Positions 26,671 to 38,752 of a stretch of DNA of 64,000 bases are shown piece by piece. The number at the start of each line of letters is the position of its first letter. Within the stretch, counting starts at the first letter, position 1. Position numbers and translations under genes: made by a program. The notes beneath the pieces were generated by a model. The model made no database searches. It was not told the origin of the DNA and worked only from the letters and a program-made list of their open reading frames with translations. Origin of the DNA: Octopus sinensis (Eukaryota); assembly GCF_006345805.1 (NCBI RefSeq), contig NC_043011.1:5270001-5334000 (forward strand), in the 5' to 3' direction.

Positions 26671-27591
26671 GCACACACACACACACAAAGTATGGGAGTT
26701 TAGTTCTCAGGAGATCTAAATGACTAGGTACGCTGGGTAAGTGCTGTAACAGATTACTAGGGCTCCAAGGTTATAGCCGAGATGAGAGTTATGGAGCCAT
26801 TGCAGATTTCCGATATAGCAGATATATAACTCTTAAAAAGGACAACAAACGTTGAGGCAAGGCAAACATCTCAAGTCATATATGTCATCCAATAATAATA
26901 ACAACGTATGACTTGTGATATTTGTCTTTCCTGAACTTTTGTTGTTAAGAAATAACAGGACATAACAACAAGTGTCTTTCGACTAAGAATGAATTCAATT
27001 AAGCTGGTGGAAGTATATATATATTACTCTTTACTCTTTTACTCTTTTACTTGTTTCAGTCATTTGACTGCGGCCATGCTGGAGCACCACCTTTAGTCGA
27101 TCAAATCGACCCTGGGACTTATTCTTTGTAAGCCCAGTACTTATTCTATCGGTCTGTTTTGCCGAACTGCTAAATGACGGGGATGTAAACACACCAGCAT
27201 CGGTTGTCAAGCAATGCTAGGGGGACAAACACAGACACACAAACACACACATATGTATACATATATACGACAGGCTTCTTTCAGTTTCCGTCTACCAAAT
27301 CCACTCACAAGGCATTGGTCAGCCCGGGGCTATAGGAGAAGACACTTGCATAAGGTGCCACGCAGTGGGACTGAACCCGGAACCATGTGGTTTGTTAGCA
27401 AGCTACTTACCACACAGCCACTCCTGCGCCTATATGTATATATATACATATATAAATATTTAAAAATTGAGGGAGATAAATTAATATTAATTTTAATATC
27501 AATTTAAAACCAGTAGTCCAGCATTCAAAAAATCTGAGGAGTCAGAGAAAATTCAAATATATGTGTATATTGGCAGGGCTGGCCTGCTAGG

Positions 27592-28271
27592 TAGCCGGCC
27601 AGAATGCTAGAAGAAGACCATCAACGATCAAACTAAAAGGGAAATTCTCTAGAGGAAGAATTCAGCGAACACCAGAACCAACTTTGGCGGGCAGGACATA
27701 TGAAAAATTAAATAAATAACAGACTTAAATGCATACCTCGGTTTCGGTCTTAACAAAAGAATTACTTGCATAATTCAAGTGTCCGTGACTTCATCAGTAC
27801 ATTTGGTCCTCGAGATGCAAACCGCAAGACTAACCCCAGCTCTCTGTGTCAGGACAGACACGTGCTTAGTCTTACTGATTACATCGGGAATAAAATTTCA
27901 AATGTCTTGGTTCTGAAGCCCTTCGCTTCAGGAGTCTCTCAGCGCGCCAGAACCAAGACATTTGAAATTTTATTCCCGATGTAATCAGTAAGACTAAGCA
28001 CGTGTCTGTCCTGACACAGAGAGCTGGGGTTAGTCTTGCGGTTTGCATCTCGAGGACCAAATGTACTGATGAAGTCACGGACACTTGAATTATGCAAGTA
28101 ATTCTTTTGTTAAGACCGAAACCGAGGTATGCATTTAAGTCTGTTATTTATTTAATTTTTCATATGTCCTGCCCGCCAAAGTTGGTTCTGGTGTTCGCTG
28201 AATTCTTCCTCTAGAGAATTTCCCTTGTAGTTTGATCGTTGATGGTCTTCTTCTAGCATTCTGGCCGGCTA
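27592..28271. repeat. Near-perfect palindrome: 324-bp arms, 32-bp spacer
   Basis: 27592-27915 is the reverse complement of 27948-28271, with one mismatch seen. Confidence 0.97.
28059..28136 (+). ncRNA. Minimal type I hammerhead ribozyme (mirror copy on the minus strand at 27727-27804)
   Basis: AAATGTA-CTGATGA-aGTC..long stem II..GACc-GAA-ACC-GA-GGT-A-TGCATTT: 7-bp stem I, GUA cleavage triplet. Confidence 0.8.
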
Positions 28272-31200
28272 TATACATATATAAATACACATATTTAGAT
28301 ATATATTCAAATACACATAAGTACATACGTACACATAGGTACACATACATACATACATACATATGTATGTGCACATGGGTATTGGTGGATACCCACATAA
28401 ATGCCTTGTTATATTTAATTCCAGTGAAGTGGAGTAACTCTCTAAAAGGGATGTAACTCAGCTAAACCCCAGCTTAACCATTTAATAAATCAAAAGCACA
28501 AACCCAGATAGATGTATATAACTATTTCTTTATTACCCACAAGGGGCTAAACATAGAGGGGACAAACAAGGACAGGCATAGGTATTAAGTCGATTACATC
28601 GACCCCAGTGCCTAACTGGTACTTTATTTATCGACCCCGAAAGGATGAAAGGCAAAGTCGACCTCGGCGGAATTTGAACTCAGAACGTAACGACAGATGA
28701 AATACCGCTAAGCATTTCGCCCGGCATGCTAACGATCTGCACCGTCCCTACCACCATCACCATTACTCTTTTAATGTCCGCTTTTCCATCCTTGCATGAG
28801 TCAGACAGAATTTGAGTAGATTTTTCTGCAGTTAAGTGTCCTGCTTGTCATCAACCCAAACATATTTCCAAATAAGGTAATATTTTCTTATGGTCAGATA
28901 TATTTTTGAAGGATATTGGAAATGAATGATACAGCTTGTATCAGTGATGGAGAGGCCCATTTACAACAATCATGCTAAGTCAAGACAAGAAGGCACAAAC
29001 ATATGTACACATACTTATGCACATAACAAATTAGTACTCCATCAGTCATGACGATGGGTGTTCCAGGTGATCTGATTGATGGAAATAACCTGCTCCTAAA
29101 ATTAATGCGCAAATGGCTAAGCACTCTACACACATACAATCTCAGGGAGGTTCAGTATGGCCCAGAATGTGATAAGGATGGTCCTTTGAGTTACTGGTAC
29201 AACTCATTTTCGTCAGCTGAGTGGACTGGAGCAATGTGAAATAAAGTGTCTTGTTCAAAGACGCAATGCACCACAAGGAATTGAACTCATGACCTTACGA
29301 TCATGAGCTAAGTACACTGACCACTCAGCCACATTTCTTCACACATATGTACATACATGCATATATATAAACACACATATACACATATACAAATATATGA
29401 TGGGCTTCTTTCAGTTTCTGTCTACCAGATCCACTTACAAAACTTTGGTAAGCCTGGGGCTATAGTAGAAGACACTGGCTCAAGATGCCAGACAGGTTGA
29501 CTGGATCTGAAGCCAGAGTTGAAATCACCTGCCCAATGAGCAGTGTAGGGTGATTGAACCTGAAATTACAGGGCGGTAAAGCAAACACCTTACTGTTTTG
29601 CTCACAGTTTTTCAAATTAAGTGAAAACTTTCAAATTTGGTATACTGGTGTAATTTTTCATGCTGAATCTGATTTTGTTATTTACTTGTTCCAGAAAAAT
29701 TTTAGAAAAATGTTACAGAGGTGTAAAGTTTGATTATTTTACCCAATTAGAAAACAGCATTTGGAAGCTGGCATTTTATGTATGGTAGCTGTCTATGGCA
29801 ATATTAGACAAAACATTACAACAACAATAGAAGTTTTAATAAGTTTATTTTAAATAAAGTCACGTGAAATGTTGAAACAAATAAACAAATGATCTGAGTT
29901 AAAAGTTATGAAAATGAGGTAGAAATAGGACAGCGGCTGAAAATATCCATTCATTTAAAAAAACAAAAAAAATAAGGATGAAGATGACAATAATGAAGCA
30001 GTACAGTCAGAAAATAGGTAATTGTCAAAATAGATGAGTAAAAACAATACACATGCTCGAATTTTCAAGTAGACTATAGCTTGGCTTGTTACTATGGAAA
30101 CAGACACCACTATGTCTGTGGCTTTCGATAGGCTAAAATTCCCCAAAATTTGCAAAATTTAAAACCTTTCTCTTTTACTCTTTTACTTTTACTTGTTTCA
30201 GTCATTTGACTGCAGCCATGCTGGAGCACCACTTTTAGTCGAGCAAATCGACCCCAGGACTTATTCTTTGTAAGCCTAGTACTTATTCTAAAGGTGTTTT
30301 GCCGAACCGTTAAGTTAAGGGGACGTAAACACACCAGCATCAGTTGTCAAGCGATGTTGAGGTGACACAGACACACAAACACACACACACATATATATAC
30401 ACATATACACGACGGGCTTCTTTCAGTTTCCATCTACCAAATCCACTCACAAGGCTTTGGTCAGCCTGAGGCTATAGTAGAAGACACTTGCCCAAGGTTC
30501 CATGCAGTGGGACTGAACCCTGAACCATGTGGTTGGTAAGCAAGCTACTTACCACACAGCCACTCCTTTTATTTATTAATAGCAAAAATCAATTTCATTT
30601 CCATAATTAGTATACAAAACTACATCAATGCACTAAATTTGAAGACAAAATGAAATTAAAAGAACTGGAAGCTGTGAGCGAAACAGAAAAGATCCTAAGT
30701 ATATATTTTTTTTCATTTAAACAATTAGTCTAGTCCTTTTACATGGCAACATGTGGATGTATGAATGGTGCCACATCTGTTCTGTAGTCGTAAGCTTTGT
30801 CATGAGCATAATTATTCAATCTTTAAGTCAATTACCAACACATAAGAAACAACGTAGATAAATAAATATAATGTTAAATCGATATTAGGTCACAGCTGAT
30901 AAAACTGATGTCTAAACACCATGTTATTTGGGAAGATTACTCAGAATATATTAATGGTCAGTCTGTTTTCTAGTGAGCTAACTGCATAAGGTCCCGGCTG
31001 GACAGTCTGGCAAATGTAACTTGAGAATTGGTGTAGCTGATGTTTGTTGATGCCTAACCCATCAGCATTTCAACCAGTCATGTCCAGCCAAAAAATATTC
31101 TACCTTGTTTCATGTTCAAACCAATCTCATACAATCCAGCATCTCACACCTATCCTAGAATATCACTCTAAAAATAAACAATAGGCGTAGGAGTGGCTGT

Positions 31201-32883
31201 GTGGTAAGTAGCTTGCTTACCAACCACATGGTTCCGGGTTCCGGGTTCAGTCCCACTGCGTGGCACCTTGGGCAAGTGTCTTCTGCTATAGCCTCGGGCC
31301 GACCAATGCCTTGTGAGTGGATTTGGTAGATGGAAACTGAAAGAAGCCTGTCGTATATATGTATATATATATGTGTTTGTGTGTGTATGTGTTTGTGTGT
31401 ATGTGTTTGTGTGTCTGTGTTTGTCCCCCTAGCATTGATTGACAACCGATGCTGGTGTGTTTACGTCCCTGTAACTTAGTGGTTCGGCAAAAGAGACCGA
31501 TAGAATAAGTACTAGGCTTACAAAGAATAAGTCCCGGGGTCGATTTGCTCGACTAAAGGCGGTGCTCCAGCATGGCCACAGTCAAATGACTGAAACAAGT
31601 AAAAGAGTAAAAGAGAAAAGAGAGAGTGTTTGTCTGATTAGTCTGAATGTTAAAGGGTTAAATGGAGATATGATACAGGGAATGTGAGTGGTGGGCGCTA
31701 ATGGATTGTTTTCATCAGTCCTGGAATCACTGAGGGTTACTTGGATTATTTATGATCCTGTAACTCCTGATTCTTGAGTTCTTTAGCAGAGTCAATTCCT
31801 TGCAGGAAACTGGGCCCAGGTCTCTAAGTCTGCTGTCCTCCCACTAGCCTTGGAGTTTCGGAAAAAAAGCCAAAAGCAAGCAATGTGGTAAGAAGCTTGC
31901 TTCCCAACCACATGGTTCCAGGTTCAATCCTACTGTGTAGTACCTTGCGCAAGTGTTTTTTACTGTAGCCTTGGGCTTTGTGAGTGGATAAGGTAGATAG
32001 AAACTGAAAGAAGCCCAGCATACACGTGTGTGTTCCTCACACCACTTGAACTCATGACCTTACAATCATGAGCTAAATACACTGACCACTAGGCCACATT
32101 CCTTCACACATATGTACACACACACATACACATATACAAATATATGATGGGCTTCTTTCAGTTTCTGTCTACCAGATCCACTTACAAAACTTTGGTTAGC
32201 CTGGGGCTATAGTAGAAGACACTGGCTCAAGATGCTAGGTAATGTTGGGGTGTTTATGTCCCTGTAACTTAGCAGTTTGGCCAAAGAGATTGATAGAATG
32301 AGTACCAGGTAAAAAAAATTAAATAAATACTTGGGTTGGTTCACCGACTAAAAAAAAAAATTTGATGTGGTGCCCCAACATGGCCACAATCTAATGACTG
32401 AAACAAGTATAAGTAAAAGATAAAGCACAAACCTTCCTCCTTTGACTATGTAGGATAAATAATTTTAAAAAATAAATAAAAGCCAGCTTACAGAGGCTGC
32501 TGGTTCATATCCTGTTATATCATTGGTACTATGTTCAATCAATGACCAAAGCAGTTGAATGGTTTTAAATCCCCTACTGATTGAGTCTATCAAGTTTTAG
32601 CTAGGCATTAGGACAATTCATTGCTGTAGTCATCAACAGCAGGGTTATGGAAATTGGAGGATTATTTGGTCGAGTTTAGTTACTTAGTCTGTAAAAAGAG
32701 TTCAGTGTCCTTCTACACAGGATGAGATTTATCATCATCATCGTTTAACGTCCACTTTCCATGCTGGCATGGGTTGGACGATTTTGACTGAGGGCTGGCA
32801 AACCAGACGGTCGCACCTGGCTCCAATCTTGATCTGGCAGAGTTTCCACAGCTGGATTCCATTCCTAATGCCAATCACTCCGT

Positions 32884-32950
32884 GTTATATATTAGTTATA
32901 TATTAGTTATATATGAGTTATATATGAGTTATATATTAGTTATATATGAG
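32884..32950. repeat. 11-bp tandem repeat GTTATATAT(T/G)A x6
   Basis: Directly visible. Confidence 0.9.
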
Positions 32951-33666
32951 AAGAGAAGAGAGTGAGTGATAAAAAAAGGAGTGAGATGTGGTCTTCTGAC
33001 CTCTCTAGGTGAGTAGCAACTCCTGATAAGAAGAAATATGGACTATAATGACACATCCAACACACGTCAGCATGGAAATGGAAAGCTGATGGGGGGGGGG
33101 GGGGGGGTCATAAAATGTTGATGTAAACCCTCAGTAAATCATGCATTTGACACCTTCCAGCAATAAACCTTCTAACACATGCTGCTTAAAGCTCATGTAA
33201 ACTGCATGGAATTACAATGCCTGATCAGCCTCTGTTGGATACCATCACTCACAAGAGTTGAGACAATATGTTAGGGATAAACGGCTGTGTGGTTAAGAAG
33301 CTTAACCACATAACATTTTAAAAAAAATATTGGACATGGTGCAAAATTCATTTCCTACCATTTCTTATAATAATCATGATGAGAAAGTCATAAAAATTAA
33401 GAATTTCTAGTCTTTTATTCTCTTATTCTTTTACTCTTGTTTCAGTCATTTTGACTGTGGCCATGCTGGAGCACCGTCTTAAGTCGAGCAATTCGACCCC
33501 AGGACTTATTCTTTGTAAGCCCAGTACTTATTCTATCGGTCTCTCTTGCCGAACCACTAAGTTACAGGGACGTAAACACACCAGCAACGGTTGTCAAGAG
33601 ATGTTGGGGGGACAAACACAGACACACACACACATATACATGCACACACACACACACATATATATG

Positions 33667-33736
<70 letters not shown>

Positions 33737-33989
33737 GATGGGCTTCTTTCAGTTTCCATCTACCAAGTCCACTCACAAGGCTTTGGTCGGCCCGAGGCTA
33801 TAGTAGAAGCCACTTGCCCAAGGGGCCATGCAGTGGGACTGAACCCAGAACCATGTGATTCGTAAGCAAGCTACTTACCACACAGCCACTCCTGCACCTA
33901 TTAAAAAAACTTCATTTCTGTTTTATGTGTATTCAAGTCCCAAAGTTAGTTAAATTTCATAGAGTTAAATAATTTAGGCCTTAAGGTTA

Positions 33990-34678
33990 GGCAAACTGCA
34001 ATATGTAATTAGGGTTTAGGTTTAGGGTTTAGGTTTTAGGGTTAAGGTTTTAGGGTGGAATAGCATTGCACAAGTATAAAACTAACATTCTTATCTATCT
34101 CTGTGGCTTGTAAAGTTCACCAATATTCTGCATGAATGCTTCGAACAGATCTACCCCCTTGTGCACATGCCTCCACATTTATTCACACAGGTGGCTGGTG
34201 AGGTTTGCATGCCGTGTGTATGTCTCATTCATTTGGCATTTGATCTGCCGCCATAGATTCTCGATGTTGTTCATGTGAGATCCGGTGAGAGGATCCACAA
34301 AGTTGTAGCTGTGGTTGACAGTGAATTGCTGGAAACTAGAACCTCCAGCAGTCACTTGTTGTTGTGCAAGGGTTGATGTGTTGGAGAATTATTGTTCCAG
34401 TGTGGCCCTATCCTGCTTGTTAATTGGCAATGCAACAAGAAAAGTTCCCTGGGTCTCACGGCATATACTCTTTTACTCGTTTCAGTCATTTGACTGCGGC
34501 CATGCTGAGGCACTACCTTTAATCGAGCAACTCGACCCCGGCACTTATTCTTTTGTAAGCCCAGTACTTATTCTATCGGTCTCTTTTGCCGAACCGCTAA
34601 GTGACGGGGACATAAACACACCAGCATCGGTTGTCAAGCAATGCTAGGGGGACAAACACAGACACACAAACACACAAA

Positions 34679-34724
<46 letters not shown>

Positions 34725-35385
34725 ACGGGCTTCTTTCAGTTTCTGTCTACCAAATCCACTCACAAGGCTTTGGTCGGCCCGAGGCTATAGTAGAAGACAT
34801 TTGCCCAAGGTGCCACGCAGTGGGACTGAACCCGGAACCATGTGGTTGGTAAACTAGCTCCTTACCACACAGCCACTCCTGCACCTATGCCTCCAAACAC
34901 CCACTGTCCTTTCACAAATCTCCCACAACTGTTCTTTGTTTTGCTGAATTTCGATGTGTTGATTTCAACTGTAAGTCCAGGGCCTTCAACGGGTCGGTCC
35001 TTGTGCAGTTTTGTCTCCACCGACCACTGACAGATTTCACAACAGTATGAAAAATAATCCGATATGGTTTCCGTGGATGTTGTTAACATGTTGTCATTAT
35101 CAGAGTCCCTGTCCACCGATGAAATGCTTGTTTCATGCACAGTTTGCTTATACAGCATGCTTCACACATTGCAGATTTTGTTCAGCTTCGTTTTACAAGA
35201 TGGGCAATGCATTTGTTTGGCTACCACTGACTCTTCAACTGACATTTTGAGGCTAAGTCCTTCTACAGGTTTATGCCACGCTTTTTCCCTCGTCTCTACA
35301 ATGTTGCCAAAGCAGTAGACGAAGAGGGTTGCTCATAATCCAACATCTTGGAGCAAACTGAGAACGCACATGTTGGTGGCATGGA
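33990..35385 (-). mobile_element. Decayed Merlin (IS1016/IS1595-like) transposase region, split by a SINE at 34468-34886
   Basis: VEINTSKFSKTKNSCGRFVKGQWVFGGI | CRET..., TVNHSYNFVDPLTGSHMNNIENLWRQIK; TTAGGG-like repeats at 34008-34056. Confidence 0.85.
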
Positions 35386-37416
35386 TATTTATATTTTATG
35401 AGAGAAATAGTCTGGTATTTTTGATGTTATTATTATTATTCAGGTCACTATCTGGAATCGAACTCGGAATCTTGGAGTTAGTAGCTTGCGCTCTTAACCA
35501 CTACGCCATATGCTCATGGGCGGAGGAGTGGCTGTGAGGTAAGTAGCTTGCTAACCCACCACATGGTTCCGGGTTCAGTCCTACTGCGTGGCATCTTGGG
35601 CAGGTGTCTTCTGCTATAGCCTCGGGCCGACCAATGCCTTGTGAGTGGATTTGGTAGACGGAAACTGAAAGAAGCCTGTCGTATATATGTATATATATAT
35701 GTGTGTGTGTGTGAGTGTGTTTGTATGTCTGTGTTTGTCCCCCTAGCATTGCCTAATAACCGATGCTGGTGTGTTTACGTCCCCGTCACTTAGCGGTTCG
35801 GCAAAAGAGACCGATAAAATAAGTACTGGGCTTACTAAGAATGAGTCCTGGGGTCGATTTGCTCGACTAAAGGCGGTGCTCCAGCATGGCCGCAGTCAAA
35901 CGACTGAAACAAGTAAAAGAATAGTCTGCTGCCATCTACAGCCTGTACTGTGCACAATAGTATTCTAACGCATTTCAATCATTTAAAACGCAATTTTATG
36001 GTGGGGAGGGGTACAAAAAGAAATCTTTCCCTATCCGAGAGGTACTTGAAGGGTAAACTCTACCAGACTGACATACCCTAAATTCGCTAAATAACGATGA
36101 AGTTTTCATCAGGTGAGAACAGATAACGAAACCTACTTAAACATACAAAAAGTCGCATATGTCAAAGAACACATACACACGAGATAATATGAGCGCCTTT
36201 AAGTAGTCGCTTGGCTAGCTGGAAATAACTACCAACCTCCCACTCAAACCAGTTTAGAAATGTAAATGTAAAATCTAAAAAAAATTAAAATTAAAAAGCT
36301 TTTGAACGTAGTCCTGGACGCATTGTCTGAAAAATATAACAGAAGGGTCATGACTAGAAGGCTATGACCGTAAAGCCTGTTCGATCAGTGCCGTCCTGGG
36401 CCAACAACAAAGCGCGCGTGTGCACGCACATACACGATAAATCTCAATACACGAAACTCTAGACCGTTTTTCACTCTGTAACTTCTAGCGATTGATAATA
36501 TATATATGTATATATACTCGTGTTATGAGTTCTATTTTCCTATTTTGTATCACCAAACCTATGTGTAAATATAGAAAAATGCATGCATGCACACAAACAT
36601 AGATGAATGCACGTAAAACATATTCTAGAAAGATCCAAAAGAGAGAAAAAAGAAGAGACGCATTTTATTTTTCCTCTCTGTTCTGTTCGACAATTGCTTT
36701 TGTTTTTTTGTTTTTTTTCTTAAACGAATTTTACGCAGTATTTTAAGAAAGATGTGACATTCATGATTTTTTGTTATTTTTTTTTCATGAGATTTTATCG
36801 ATGTAAATGAAACGAAATGTCTAAGATGAAGCAACATATCCCGAACCGAAAGCTCTCTGTTCGGCAGCGCGTGACAGGAAGAATAAAATATTTGTCACAC
36901 GAATATGAAAGAAAAAAAAATTCTTTAAAGAAATGAAATAATTATACAAACTAAACTACGCACACAGAACAACAATAAAACTATAAAGATCCACCAGGAA
37001 GAAAAACAAAACAAGGAAGAACGAAGGATCACTACAAGATGAAAGTTGAATCCATTTGAAATAAGGATAGACGCAAAAAACACTCCGTTTCCAAATCTAA
37101 ATGCGAAACTGGGAAAGTCGGTCCATTCATTCAATTGTTTAGCTTTTAATCCCGTTTATTCACTTTGTTTTTGTATTTGGTTTTGCAAGATTCTTGTTAT
37201 GAATTCCTGTTTTTATTATTGGCGTAATGACCCTCCCGAGGCTCAGTTATTCCGTTTTATGAAAAAGAAAAAGAAAAAATCTCTCGGTGGCAAGAATCTG
37301 TCCTTTCCACCTTCTAAATTCTTATGTGAATAAAAGACGAAAAAAAATTTTTTTTTCGAAGAGTATCAAAAATTATTACGGCACAAAATATTAACCTTTA
37401 AAATAATTAGATAAAT

Positions 37417-37466
<50 letters not shown>

Positions 37467-37720
37467 CAGAGAGAGAGAGGAGACAGAGAGAGATGCTATT
37501 TGCAATAGCTATGCATTAATAAAGAACGTAGTTTTCAGAGAACAAGCAGAGAAATCTGTAACAAGGAAATTATTTTTCATTCAATTTATCCACATCGAGA
37601 AGAATATAAAAATTAAAGACAAACAAAAAACACAGCACCTTGCCACAGTTCCTTTAAGTGAAAAAATATATTATGAAATTTAAAGCATCTGCAGTTCTTA
37701 TAAAATGTATGGATTCTTAC

Positions 37721-37878
37721 CTATGTTGATCGAATTTGGCAAATTTCCTCCATTCTTTTGGGTTGCTTTTGTAAGACTCCATCAGAGACTTAACTTCTTC
37801 GATGTTAACACGATCACTATCGAAAACCTCGCGTAGTTCCTTACACAAATCATCTAAAGTGGCCACTGTTTTAACCAT
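37721..37878 (-). CDS. CDO1: Cysteine dioxygenase type 1 homologue, first coding exon
   Basis: Hand translation gives MVKTVATLDDLCKELREVFDSDRVNIEEVKSLMESYKSNPKEWRKFAKFDQH(R), matching the CDO N-terminus (human TLADLIRILHQLFAGDEVNVEEVQAIMEAYESDPTEWAMYAKFDQYR). Kozak context ACCATGG, upstream in-frame TAA near 37921-37923, phase-2 donor AG/GTAAGA at 37721/37720. Not in the ORF track. Confidence 0.93.
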
Positions 37879-38024
37879 GGTTGCTTGCAAATGGTAAGCA
37901 CTGCAGGAGAGGGTCTCGTTTTATAAGCTGTCGTCGATGTTGTTCTTGCGGTCGAAGGTGTGTTGACTGTGGACAAGAGAACGGAAAAGATAGTCGGAAT
38001 AAAGATAAATGTTATGTAGTGGTG

Positions 38025-38130
38025 TTTATATATTGGTTGCTGCTCTTTCTTCAATGATCACACCCAAGCAAAATAAATGTGCATTGGTTTTGCTGGAGAA
38101 AAAGCACGTTGTTAGGTGTAATTACGTCAC
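38025..38130 (-). promoter_or_regulatory. Putative CDO core promoter: TATATAAA (38025-38032), CCAAT (38032-38036), CRE/ATF-like TGACGTAA (38122-38129)
   Basis: Motifs read on the minus strand about 150-250 bp upstream of the ATG in CpG-retaining unique sequence; no transcript evidence. Confidence 0.55.
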
Positions 38131-38466
38131 AGCAAAGCTCTCTGAAGGTGGCAGTTAGGGTAAGGCAGCATTATCGGTACGTACGCACCACCACACGACA
38201 GCAGGTGTGTTAGAGTACATAGATACGTGAACTTCAGCATCGCATTAGGTGAAACCACAACACAGAACATACCTACGACAACATTATAAAAAGAAAGGGA
38301 CATGATATCGCATTACATAACAGATAGTTGTAAATCGTTTTATAATACATAATAAACATCTATGCAGGTGCATTACACAATACAAAGAAATAGCAGCCAA
38401 ATCTCAAAGCATACTATACCATTTTACATAGCGGTAACGGCACATTTGATAGTGTAATCGGTTAAG

Positions 38467-38752
38467 CTCTAGTTTAGGACCCAGTAACTAAAAAATAGTG
38501 TGATAGGAGTAAAAATAATGTATACTAAACGAATAGGAAAAAAAAAAAAAAATGCGCGCGCTGGTGGGGAGGACCCGGAAAATTCACGATGTGAATTTTC
38601 CGAGTCCTCTCTCCCCGCCCGTGAATTTTCCAAGTCCTCTCCCCCCAGTTCGTCCGCGCACATTTTTTTTTTTCATATTCGTTTACTATACATTATTTTA
38701 CACCTATTACACTCATTTTTTTTCAATTTTGTGACTGGGTCCTAAACTAGAG
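38467..38752. mobile_element. MITE/foldback with about 90-bp TIRs upstream of CDO
   Basis: CTCTAGTTTAGGACCCAGT... / ...ACTGGGTCCTAAACTAGAG. Confidence 0.85.

Noticed and set aside
36925-37134. ORF with SNGFNFHLVVIL resembling CDO exon 2 (GNGKFNLMIL)
   Set aside because: No YTRNL or CW motif and no suitable phase-2 acceptor; chance similarity.
37854-38054. ORF-track 66-aa protein overlapping the CDO start
   Set aside because: Different frame from the CDO exon; covers the 5' UTR/promoter.
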